Shown one piece after another: positions 12,951 through 23,805 of a stretch of 64,000 nucleotides of DNA. Origin of the DNA: Mobula hypostoma. Lineage: Eukaryota. A program made the position numbers and the translations under genes. Under the pieces are notes generated by a model. That model did no database searches. It had not been told where the DNA came from and worked only from the letters and a program-made list of their open reading frames with translations. The stretch spans positions 233,680,001 through 233,744,000 of the forward strand of contig NC_086097.1 of NCBI RefSeq assembly GCF_963921235.1, read 5' to 3'. The number at the start of each line of letters is the position of its first letter. Position 1 is the stretch's first letter.

Positions 12951-14499
12951 ATATCTTCATCATCGAAAACAGGATTCAGCACTCCAGGTGAGCATATCCA
13001 ATTCTGATAAGAAGCACACACCACCAAACTTAACTGAAACCATAGCACAGAAAAATGAAGAAATTATCACTACAGAAGATAAAGTTAACCAATGGAATAG
13101 CGTGATCCTCCATGGAAGACATCGCCACAATCTGAGCCGACTAGATGTCGACAAGGAAATATTGAACGCCTGGCTTGGAGACCTCTTCACAGATTAACAC
13201 TAAAAAGTAATCAAAATACATAATAAAAGAACAACAAATTCAAGATGATTAATGCAGAAATTGCCAAGAGAAACCAAAAACAATCCAACTCAGTATAGGA
13301 TCCCGCAGCAGTTTAATTCAATCTGATTACTTACACAGACACAGTCAAGTGGCAAACATCATTCACCAAAATCTCACTTTAAAATACAAACTCATAAAAG
13401 ACACCATACCTTACTATAAATGCAAGCCTGATCCAGTTTTAGAGTCAGTATCTCACAAAGTAAATTATAACCGTTCTATTATTAAAGAAAAGGCAATGCA
13501 TAATAATGATCTGGATATATCATTACAGGATAAACAAGCAAGAACAACTTACATTATAGAAATACCCATTCCAAACTCCCATGACATACAGAAATCAATA
13601 AGTGAAAGTCATGAGAAATGTGCTGAATTAAAAGAGGAAATTGAAAGACTATGGAGCATGAACAGGATATACGTTGCAAACAAGAGAAAATCTGCAGATG
13701 CTGGAAATATACATTGAGCTGACAGTAATATCTACAACAGGTATGATCCCACAGTCACTGCACAATAGCATTATGCAGTTAGGCCTACACAGCAATACTT
13801 ATGTAAATCTCCAGAAGCCACAATACTTAAATAAATTTCCAGAAGCCGAAATACTTATGTAAATCTCCAGATTTACTAAATACCACAAGAATAGTCCGAA
13901 AGTTCGTAGTAGTTGAGAATTGAGTGTGCTTGGCTATTCCCATACCTCAGGTTTTAACAGCTTGAGCTGATAAATAATAAAATAATAATAAATAAATATC
14001 AAGAACATGAGATGAAGAGTCTTTGAAAATAAGTCAATAGGTTATGGAAACAGTTCAGTGAAGGGGTAAGTGAAGTTGAGTGAAATTATCCCCTCTGGAA
14101 CAAGAGCCTGATTGTTGAGGTATAATAACTGTTCCTGTACCTGATGATATGACTCCTGTGGCACCTGTACCTGCTTCCTGATAGCAGCAGTGAGAAGAGA
14201 ACATGGCCTGGATAGCGGTTCTCCTTAGTGACGGATGCTGCTGTCCTGTGACAGCACACCATGTAACCGTGCTTAGTGGTTGTGAGGGCATTACCCGTGG
14301 TGGACTGGGCCGTTTGCATGACATTTCAAGGGCATACCAGGCCACGATGCAGCCAGTCAATATACTCCCCACCGCACATCTACAGAAATTCTTCAAAGTT
14401 TCAGAAGACATGCCGAATCTTCGCAAACTTCTAAGAAAGTAAAGGTGCTACCTGCTTTCTGCAAAATTGCTCTTACGAGATGGACCCACTTCAGATTTT

Positions 14500-14782
14500 A
14501 TTTTATTTAGAGATGCAGCATGAAGTAGATCCTTTCGGCTCTTGGAGCCGTGCCGCCAAGACACCCCTGACAACACTGAATTAACCCGAACCTAATCATG
14601 GGACAATTTGCAATGACTGATTAATCTACACGGTGCCCCTTTGGACTGTGGGTGGAAACTGAAACACACAGCAAAATCTCACGCATTCCATGGAGTGGTA
14701 TAAGTCTCCTTATAGAGGATGCTGGGATTGAATTCCAAACCTGAGCTGTAAATGTGTCGTTCTAACCGTTACGCTTCAGTGG
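14500..14782 (-). mobile_element. tRNA-derived V-SINE (HE1-like)
   Basis: Reverse complement of the V-domain (TTTGGACTGTGGG.GGAAAC), CR1-like tail and tRNA-like head. Confidence 0.7.
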
Positions 14783-16202
14783 CAATCTTCTGAAATGATA
14801 ACACTGAGGAAATTAAAGTTGCTGGCCCTCTCCACCTCTGATCCCCTGACTGGCTCATGGTCCTTAAGGTGAAGTCAATAATCAGCTCATTGGTCTTGCT
14901 GACATTGAGTGAGAGGTTGTTGTTGTGGATCTAATGAGTCAGATTTTCAGTCTCCCTCCTATATGCTGATTTGTCACCATCTTTGATTTGGTCAGTGATT
15001 GTGGTGTTGTCAGCAAACTTAAATATGGCATTGGAGCTGAGCTTAACTTCACAGTCATAAGTATAAAGCGAGTAGAGCAGGGGGCTAAGCACACAGCCTT
15101 GTGGTGCACCTGTGCTGATGGAGATCCAGGAGGAAGTGCTGTTGACTGGGATCTTCAAATTAGGAAATTGAGGATCTAATTGCACAAGGTCAGGGATTGA
15201 GGCCAGAGTCTTGAAGCTTATTGATTAGTTTTGAGGGGATGTTAGTATTGAATGCCAAGTTGAAATAAATGAAGAGCATCGTGATGTATGAGTCTTCACT
15301 GTCCATGTTGTCTAGGGATGAGTGAAGAGCCAATGGAATGGCATCTGCTGTGGTCCTGGTATGATGGTAGGCAAATTGTAGCGGACTCAATTGCTTCTCA
15401 GACAGGAGTTGATAAGTTTCATCACCAATCTCTCAAAGCACTTCATCATTGTGGATGTACGTGCCTCTGGACAATAGTCATTGAGACACATAACCACATT
15501 CTTCTCAGGCACTGGTATAATTGAAGCCTGCTCAGACTGCCAAAGCAAAAGGTTAAAGGTATCTGTGAACACTGCAGCTAGTTTGATCAGCACAGATCTT
15601 TCGTTCTCGTCCAGGTTCCACACCTGGGCCAGATGCTTTCCATAGGTTCACTATCTGAAGGATGCTCTCACATCGGCCTCGGAGATGGAAATCACAGGGT
15701 CATCAGGGTCTGTGAGAGTTCGTGAAGTTGCCTCCATGTTTTGACGGTCAAGGCTAGCATTCAGGCTTCTGTACCTCCACCCTGGGGCGTATGCGGTGTC
15801 TAGGGAGGGGTAGCATCTCTGGTTGCGGGGGCAGCTTGTCCACCTTTGGTCCCCAGCTGGCGCTCAGCTCTCACCTGTGGCTCCAAGTAGCTGCAGCACA
15901 CACAGCGGCCACAACCCGGTAAACCGTCTCGGCAGAGGGGCCAAACCAGGTGAGGGTAGCCGATGGGTCTTCGACCCTGGGTGAGGTAGGGGATCTGCCT
16001 GTCCCAGGGTGTAAAATCTGACCCTGGCAGGCTGAGTGGAAGAGACAAATTAATGGTCCAACGGTCAAGAAGACAGGCCAGCAGGTGTTGTGGAGTGCTA
16101 AGAGCACGACAAGGCACTTACACGTCCTGGTCATCCACAGCAAGAGGTGGTGATCTTTTTAAACTCACCCGACAGCAGGCAAAGGCAAACCACTGCTGTA
16201 GT

Positions 16203-16574
16203 AGAGCTACCAGGACTTGATGTTTGAATTCCTATGGTAAGTCAGCACTCTCGATGTTGGCAGTGGGCTTGGAGTGGTGACAAGGAGGGAGGGTAGGTAC
16301 ATCATCGGGGTCATCAGGTGGGCACCCTCCTTCTTTGACGTTTCTTTGATAAGCCTGCGACGTCTCCAGAGGGCTCAACGGTGCTACCTGGCGTCCCAGA
16401 TACACCCCCCTCATTTCTATACCCTCCTGTCTTCATCTTGCAGCCCAGTTGTTGTCTTTCCTTTTAATGCAAATCCAATTGCTGCTTTCTTCTTCAGCAT
16501 TTGACAAGGACTTGATTGCTTGTTGGAGGGAGTGACCCCTCACCCCCATCTTCTTCAATAGACCTGCCACGAAC
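16203..16574 (-). mobile_element. HERO-like (restriction-endonuclease clade) LINE C-terminus and 3' UTR
   Basis: Peptide LLKKMGVRGHSLQQAIKSLSNAEEESSNWICIKRKDNNWA* resembles the C-termini of fish HERO-type elements (recognised by eye). Confidence 0.6.
16301..16373 (-). ncRNA. Candidate rearranged (non-circularly permuted) hammerhead ribozyme
   Basis: GACGUC^GCAGGC-UUAUCAAA-GAAACGUC...GCCCAC-CUGAUGA-CCCCGAUGA: all core nucleotides and three potential stems. Confidence 0.5.
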
Positions 16575-17329
16575 ATGATTTCCCAATATGTCAGAGCGGA
16601 GTGGAGGGAAATCATCCGCCAACTGGAAATTCCAGATGCGACCAAACGACGACGACCTCCGCCCTAATGAGAAGGGGGCATGTGCTGGATGTTAGGGGTC
16701 CTTGTAGATGGATGCTACCTTCTTGAGGCTCCGTCTTTTGAAGATGCCCTTTATGATAGGGGAGCTAGTCCCCCAGATGGCGCTGGCTGAGGTTGCATCT
16801 CTCTGCAACTTCTTACGATCTTGTGCATTGGAGCCCTCCATACCAGGCAGTGATACAACCAGTCTGAGTGTTCTTCACTGTACAGCTGTAGAAATCTGCT
16901 AGAGCCTTTGGAGACATACCAAATCTCCTCAGGTGCAACAATACATTTAACACAGGGCTTGCTTTTGTTTGAAGTGCTTCCAATTATAAATAAAGGTACA
17001 CATTTTTTAAACCTGGCACTTTATCAAAGTGACAGCATTTCACTGAGAAAATAATTAAGTTTGAAGTGTAGAGCTGATATCATGTGGGCAAATCTAATCT
17101 AGAAACTGTTGTAAGTGCTGTTTCACACATCTGTCCTTTGTCTAGTTCCACTCCCAGTTTGACCACTGCTTACATTAATCACTCAACAATACCACATCCA
17201 CCAGACATATTAGATAGATCTGTCACAAAATATGAAATTAATGTACAGGACTGACAAGAAATGGGGAGTTCACATTTTTGGCACATGCCTCACTAGTGTT
17301 TGGTTGTTGATCCATGAGTCAGGATATTA

Positions 17330-17600
17330 GGAAAAGGTCCATTGGGTAAAATCTATGCCCCCTTGTTTTAGTCGCCCTGCCCTGGGAAAAAACTAAATAT
17401 TCACTCTATTCATGCTGCTCATAATGTTACAAACCGCACTAAGGTAATTTCTCAGCCTTCGACACTCCAAGAAATAAAGCCCCAGCTTTTCCAAACCAAC
17501 ATACACAAAATGCTGGAGGAACTCAGCAGGCCAGACAGCATCTATGGAAAAGAGCAAACAGTCAGCGTTTCGGGCCGAGACCCTTCATAGTGACTTGATT
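17330..17600 (-). mobile_element. CR1 fragment followed by a PLE-derived short repeat
   Basis: CCCTGGGAAAA..CTATTCATGC..ATAATGTT (CR1); ACACAAAATGCTGGAGGAACTCAGCAGG..GTTTCGGGCCGAGACCCTTCAT (PLE end). Confidence 0.65.
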
Positions 17601-18079
17601 TTCTCACATTTGGGAGCTTATCCAAACTCTCCTTTTACCTCAAACTCAACAGCCTCGGTAACATCCTTACAAATCTTTTCTGTGCCCTTTCTAACCCAAT
17701 GCCATCCTCCCTGTAGCTCACCGACCGGAATTGCACACAATTAAAGTGTGCTAATTAACAAATCTGCCATGTAGAAGGCAGGCATTAGCACTGGACACTG
17801 TAATTACAAAATTCCCCGCAGTGTACCAATGATTTAGATTCCAGTTGTTTTAATTCAATCAAATGTGGCAACATAGGAATCGGAAGAAGTGGCTTAGTTC
17901 CTCAAGTCCCAGCCAAATTCAGTTGGATCATGACTGATCATTTGCTTCATTCATCTACTTTAGATCCACATCCCTTTCTCAATAAAAATAGACTTGAGTT
18001 TTTCCTTTGATCTAACATATATCTTAGGGTGTGCAGGAGCAGAAAATATTTGATGTCCTGAGGATGCGTCAGTCTCTAT

Positions 18080-18445
18080 CGACAGCCCACTCATGTCTGA
18101 GTCAGAAAATGATGCACATTACACTTGAAAATACAAATCACATCTGTGCTGAGGAGTGCTATTGTGTCAAAGGTGCCATTGAATGACATGCTAAATTAAG
18201 GCTTTGACTACTTTTTCAGATGGAACTAAAAGATCATATGGCATTGTGTAGAAGAACAATGGAGTTAATCCACTGACCTTAGGCAACAAATATCCTTAAC
18301 AAATATCTCTTACAAAGGAGAACAGATCATTATAGCATTGTTTATGTGAACTTGCCATATGAAAATTAATTGCTGTTCTTTTCTTTTTTATGTAACAGTG
18401 ACTTCAGAAGATTTTCTTTAGCTGTAAGTCATTCTCAAACATCTA
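18080..18445 (+). mobile_element. Old Deu-domain SINE (SacSINE1/AmnSINE-like)
   Basis: TCTGAGTCAGAA..GAGTGCT..GGTGCC..CAGATGGA..TAAAAGATC.TATGGCA..GAAGAA..AACAGTGACT..GCTGTAA are in DeuSINE consensus order. Confidence 0.65.
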
Positions 18446-18571
18446 GAAAACGATGTAAAAAGTATTTTATCTGTGTAGGTCTTTTGTTAAAGTGAACATA
18501 TTTAACTAGTGCTGTTTCTGTCAGTGAGAGGAAGGTAAAGGCTGAAGACAGAATGCTAAACAACATAATAT

Positions 18572-18875
18572 ATTCTGCAGATGCTGGAAATCTTGACCAA
18601 CACAGAGAAAATGCTGGAGGAAATCCGCAAGTCAAGTCACATCTATGAAGGGCTTGATGAAGAGCCTTGGCCCAAATAGTGGATTGTTTATTCTCCTCCG
18701 TAGCTGCTGCCTACCCTGCTCTCCTATTCTTGGAGAGGAATAAACATGAGAAAATTCAGCAGATGCTGGAAATCCAAAGCAACACAAAAAAAATGCCGGA
18801 GGAACTCAGCAGGTCAGGCGGCATCGATGAAAATGAACAGAGTTGACATTTTGGGCTGAGACCCTTCTTCAGGAT
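18572..18875. mobile_element. Two PLE-derived short repeats (the first is fold-back)
   Basis: CTGCAGATGCTGGAAATC..AAAATGCTGGAGGAA arms and decayed hammerhead-like cores. Confidence 0.65.
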
Positions 18876-19629
18876 TTATTCTTTGGATAAGAATACTATT
18901 AAACAAAAGAGGAAAGTGAATGTGGTGATGGCATTGGGGATTATTTTGTTTTCTCTTTGCTACGGTGATAGACTTCTACTACCTGTCTTGTTTATGGCTC
19001 CCAAAATTGTGTGAACTTCAATCAGGTCTCTCCTCATCCTCTTACATACCAAAGAAAAGCAATTCCTCCAAATCAACTCTCACCCTCCTGGTAACATCCC
19101 GGTGAATATCCACAGTGGTGTCCACTCACCCCCTCCCCTGCCCGCTTACAATCACTTAACTTAAAGAACAGTTTATTTTAACTCAGAGCTAATGTTTTAA
19201 CCTGAGTTGATAGTTGATAAACCTTAGTGGTTGCTAATTATTGATGAACTTTCTATAGTGTATATTGTACTGTCCTGTCCCTAACTGGGCTTCATTAGAT
19301 TATTTCTAATTACTGATGAACTTTCTATATTGTACATTGTATTGTCCTGTTCCTTAGGTGATTTTTATACACTGTTTTCTATCTGGAGCAGCTGCAAACG
19401 TAGACCAAGGAATAAAATTACTTTTATAAACTTCCCATCAGCTGTTTGGGGAATGTTACATGCCATATCTAACATTTCACTCATTAGAGGCGTGGTTTTG
19501 GACCTGAACTACAGATGTTACCCAGTCCTATAGGGTGGTATACATGGAGAAAGGTCCTTTAAGTCTGTAAAGACCCAACATCTACTGCGTGTTTCCAGCA
19601 TTTTCTATCTCTTTATGTCAGATTTCTAA

Positions 19630-20620
19630 TGACATCTGGTATGGTGGGGCCACTGTATAGAATCAAAAAAAGCTGCAGAAAGTTGTAAACTCAGCCAACT
19701 CCATCATGGGCACTAGCCTCCCAAGTATTAAGGACACCTTCCAAAGTCAGCACCCATCATTAAGGACCACCGTTATCCAGGGCATGCCCTCTTCTCATTG
19801 CTACCACCAGGGGGAGGTCAAGGAACCTGAAGCAACATGTTCAATATTTTATGAACAGCTTCTTGCCCTCTGCTATCAGATTTCTGAATGGACAGTGAAC
19901 CCATGGACACAACCTAATGCCCCACAACCTAATTCTGCTAATGCCCCACCTCCCCCTTGTAGCCCATCCTGTTATTTATTTATATTCACACATCTTTCTC
20001 TCCCTCTCCTTTTTCTCCCTCTGTCCCTCTCACTATACCCCTTGCTCATCCTCTGGGTTCCCCCCCCCCACACTTTTCTTTCTCCCTAGGCCTCCTGTCC
20101 CATGATCCTCTCATATCCCTTTTGCCAATCACCTGTCCAGCTCTTGGCTCCATCCCTCCCCCTCCTGTCTTCTCCTATCATTTTGGATCTCCCCCTCCCC
20201 CTCCCACTTTCAAATCTCTTACTAGTTCTTCCTTCAGTTAGTCATGACGAAGGGTCTCGGCCTGAAACATCGACTGTACCTCTTCCTAGAGATGCTGCCT
20301 GGCCTGCTGCATTCACCAGCAACTTTTATGTGTATTGCTTGAATTTCCAGCATCAGCAAAATTCCTCGTGTTTGCGACACAACCTCACTGTTTTTTTTGC
20401 TTTCTTTTTGCACTACTAATTCAATTAGTTAATTTATATATGCAGTATATATATCTAACAATTAAAAACTATAAATTATGATATGTGGTATATGTACAAC
20501 TTATATTGCTTATATTTATTGTAATTTATCATTTTATTATTACGCATTGCAATGGACTGCTGCCACAAAGCACCAAATTTCACAACATATGCCAGTGATT
20601 CTGATTCAGATTCTTATTCT
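19630..20620 (+). mobile_element. Rex1/Babar-like 3' fragment interrupted by a PLE 3' end
   Basis: TGGTATGG..AAGCTGCAGAAAGTTGT..CCCTCTTCTCATTGCTACC; tail GATTCTGATTC ~20600. Confidence 0.7.
19916..20375 (+). mobile_element. Penelope-like 3' terminal repeat (pLTR) insertion
   Basis: Near-identical to 33045-33420 and 55593-56010 (reverse); 10-bp TSD GACACAACCT at 19906-19915 and 20376-20385. Confidence 0.85.
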
Positions 20621-20779
20621 GAGAATCTGTTGGGTTTTTGTTTAGTTTCATGTCAAAAATGTTTCTATACTGGATTGGTTGGAGTGAAATCTGTCGTGTA
20701 TTCTGCAGAGTTTATACATTGCTCACTATATGCTCCTTTAAGAATATTTTTCTCTATTTCATCAAGCATGAATCAGCGA

Positions 20780-21530
20780 ATAGAAACATAGAAAACCTAC
20801 AGCACAATACAGGCCCTTCGGCCCACAAAGTTGTGCCGAACATGTCCCTACCTTAGAAAGTACTAGGCTTACCTATAGCCCTTTATTTTTCTCAGCTCCA
20901 TGTACCTATCCAAAAGTCTCTTAAAAGACACTATGGTATCCGCCTCCACCACCGTTGCCGGCAGCCCATTCCACACGCTCACCACTCTCTGAGTAAAAAA
21001 CTTACCCCTGACATCTCCTCTGTACCTACGCCCCAGCACCTTAAACCTGTGTCCTCTTGTGGTAACCATTCCAGCCCTGGGAAAAATCCTCTGACTATCC
21101 ACACGATCAATGCCTCTCATCGTCTTATACACCTCTATCAGGTCACCTCCCATCCTCCGTCACTCCAAGGAGAAAAGGCCGAGTTCAACCTATTCTCATA
21201 AGGTATGCTCCCCAATCCAGGCAATGTCCTTGTAAATCTCCTCTGCACCCATTCTACAGCTACCACATCCTTCCTGTAGTGAGGTGACCAGAACTGAGCA
21301 CAGTACTCCAAGTGGGGTCTGACCAGGGTCCTATATAGCTGCAACATTACCGCTCGGCTCCTAAATTCAATTCCACGGTTGATGAAAGCCAATACACCGT
21401 ACGCCTTCTTAACCACAGAGTCAACCTTTGTAGCTGCTTTGAGCGTCCTATGGACTCAGACCCCAAGATCCCTCTGATCCTCCACACTGCCAAGAGTCTT
21501 ACCATTAATATGATATTCTGCCATCATATT
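20780..21530 (-). mobile_element. 5'-truncated CR1
   Basis: VRPHLEYCAQFWSPHY, TRGHRFKV..FFTQRVV; (ATAGAAAC)n tail; same subfamily as 32286-32985. Confidence 0.92.
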
Positions 21531-22639
21531 AGTTATCAAGGATCAACAGTATTCACCATGTACTGTGCATTTACATGTTTTAGGAATTTGCTGTGGTGCA
21601 AACAACATTAGAAAATGTGGTTTGAAGTGTATGCAGTGACTGAGGTAATATGGCTAACTAGAATGGTTGATCAAATTAACTGTCTGGGTGAAGAAACTTC
21701 TAAGACGAAAAGTTTTTGCTTTAATAGCCCTTCAGCACCTTCCTAACAGGAGCTTTTGGAAAGACTGTGTGGGGTGCGTAGTGTCCGCAATGCTTTTTCT
21801 TGCCTGCTATTTTGTCCTGGACACATACAGGTCCTGTAGTTAGATAGAATATCTTGAAAAGTATTGTGCTTTGTTGTCTAATCAATATGCCTTAGGTGTT
21901 TATTTGAAATCAAAATGGTCCAAGAATTTGCATTTGATTTGGAAAGGTTATTATTTTCTAAGTGTAATGTTGCTCACAGTTGGTTTCTTGCAAGGGATTT
22001 TATGTGCTGTTTCCTGGAATTCTGATACGACAACGTTTTGATTCCATCAGCAGGTTTTTCCCAGATGCATTTTTGAATCCAAATGCAACTTCAAACTTTA
22101 TTTTTGCTACTACATTTGTTAGTTTTAAGAACTTTATGTGAAACCAATCATTTGTGCACATCTGATGGATCAACAAGAAACTTAAAAGAAAATAATATTT
22201 TGACACCTTGGGGGAAAATCAGCCAAACTGCCTTGGCAGCCGATGTAATGGTGACTATTTTCATCTTCTACAAAGGCAGATGAGTCATTGCAATGAGTAA
22301 ACCCCCACAATCAATATCTTGTTTGATTTACCACACTCATTTAACATTGGAAAACATCCCAAGGTGCAATTCAAAAACACTTGGTGACAGATTGGGGCTG
22401 ATGTCTAAAAAACTTGGATGTAAAACTAAGTTTTAAGGAGGATTTTAAAACAGACAAGAGAAGCTGAGAAGCCGGAGTTAAAGCAGGTGCTTCCAGAGCA
22501 AAGATCACTGGTAGCTGCAGGCAGAACTATCAGTCGTGGGACAACTAAAACTGAAGATGGTCAGGAGGCCACAACTTCTGCAGATGTCTTGGACAGTTGG
22601 AGACCCGATCGAGATGTTGGACATTGGGAGAGGTGAATC

Positions 22640-23190
22640 CATATAACCACATAACAATTACAGCACGGAAACAGGCCAGCTCGGCCCTTCTAGTCTATGC
22701 CGAACTCTTACTCTCACCTACTCCCACCGACCTGCACTCAGCCCATAACCCTCCATTCCTTTCCTGTCCATATATCTATCCAATTTAACTTGAAACGACA
22801 ACATCGAACCTGCCTCAACCACTTCTGCTGGAAGCTCGTTCCACATAGCTACCACTGTCTGAGTAAAGAAGTTCCCCCTCATGTTACCCCTGAACTTTTG
22901 CCCTTTAACTCTCAACTCACATCCTCTTGTTTGAATCTACCCCATTCTCAATGGAAAAAGCCTATCCATGTCAACTCTATCAATCCCTTCATAATTTTAA
23001 ACACCTCTATCAAGACCCCCTCAACCTTCTACGCTCCAAAGAATAAAGACCTAACTTGTTCAACCTTTCTCTGTAACTTAGGAGATGAAACCCAGGCAAC
23101 ATTTTAGTAAATTTCTCTGTACTCTCTCAATTTTACTGACATCTTTCCTATAATTTGGTGACCAGAACTGTACACAATACTCCAAATTTG
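22640..23190 (-). mobile_element. 5'-truncated CR1
   Basis: NFFTQTVVAMWNELP..LDRYM ORF; (CCATATAA)n tail. Confidence 0.88.
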
Positions 23191-23523
23191 ATTCAAATTC
23201 CTCCAAATTCCAAATTCCTCCATGAAGGAATTTAAAAACAAGGAAAATAATCTTATAATGAACATATTGGAATGGAAAGTCTGCATTGCCACACTCCTCA
23301 GCTGTTCATCACTTCACATAGTCTTGATGAAAATCATGTTCCATTCTTGAGAAATTTCAGATCATCTAGTCTTGATATGTCACCCCTGTGCTTATTTGCT
23401 TTTGTTTATTCCTGTTAGGTTAACTTTAGCAACTCTCCCAAACTTCAGTCTTCCTTAGGTTTATTGTCACTGACATGTCATAGAATTTGTGGTCTTGTGG
23501 CAGCAGTATAATGTAATACGCAA

Positions 23524-23805
23524 GGGCAGCAAAGTGGCGTAGTGATTAGAACAATGCTTTATAGTACAGATGACTCGGGTTCAAATCCCGCCTCTGCCTG
23601 TAAAGAGTTTGGACGTTCATGGGTTTCCTCCGTGTGCCCCGGTTTCCACTCACAGTCCAAAGACATAGCGGTTTGTAGGTTAGTTGGTCATTGTAACATT
23701 GTTCTGTGATTAAGCTCGGATTAAGTCAGGGGATTGCGGAGTGGCACGGCTCGAAGGACTGGAAGGGCTTATACCATGCTGTAACTCAATAAATAAATAA
23801 TAAAA
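23524..23805 (+). mobile_element. tRNA-derived V-SINE (HE1-like)
   Basis: A box TGGCGTAGTG, B box GGTTCAAATCC, V-domain GGGTTTCCTCCG..CCGGTTTCC..CAGTCCAAAGAC, (AATA)n tail. Confidence 0.85.

Larger units (their letters stand above)
9815..13995 (+). mobile_element. R4/Dong-like non-LTR element (RT plus restriction-like endonuclease), degenerate, split by two CR1s
   Basis: GNIHNYWYK, HLPKG..PSK..PI.C..TIYKI, GCKDQLII, YKKAFDSV, KAINTSAIPILMYS, EGGRGVTDI, W...LHGRH, CRNC..YLHRHSQVANIIHQ, DISLQDK..YIIEIPIP..EK..ELKEEIERLW; ends in a TAA-rich tract. Confidence 0.8.
9649..15759 (-). mobile_element. Rex1/Babar-like LINE B, interrupted by R4/Dong, CR1 and SINE insertions
   Basis: 3' UTR at 9649-9812 and 13990-14060; RT peptides RRFGMS...ILTGCIVAWY (14055-14426), STGAPQGCVLSPLLYSLYT..KFAD (14931-15185), PLQFAY, FTDTFNL..IIPVP. 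Confidence 0.8.
15784..16654 (+). mobile_element. Non-autonomous composite retroelement with (ACG)n tail
   Basis: Flanked by ACCTCC(A/G)CCCT at 15773-15783 and 16655-16665; GC-rich 5' part; GGCAAACCACT motif (RTE-tail-like); ends in ACGACGACG. Confidence 0.6.

Noticed and set aside
13792..13872. Direct repeat AATACTTATGTAAATCTCCAGA as an element boundary
   Set aside because: It is a local slippage-type duplication inside the decayed Dong ORF with no enclosed element.
16580..16665. Plus-strand endonuclease fragment (RQLEIP..LRP-like)
   Set aside because: It needs a frameshift and overlaps the (ACG)n tail and TSD, so it is better explained as the composite element's 3' end.
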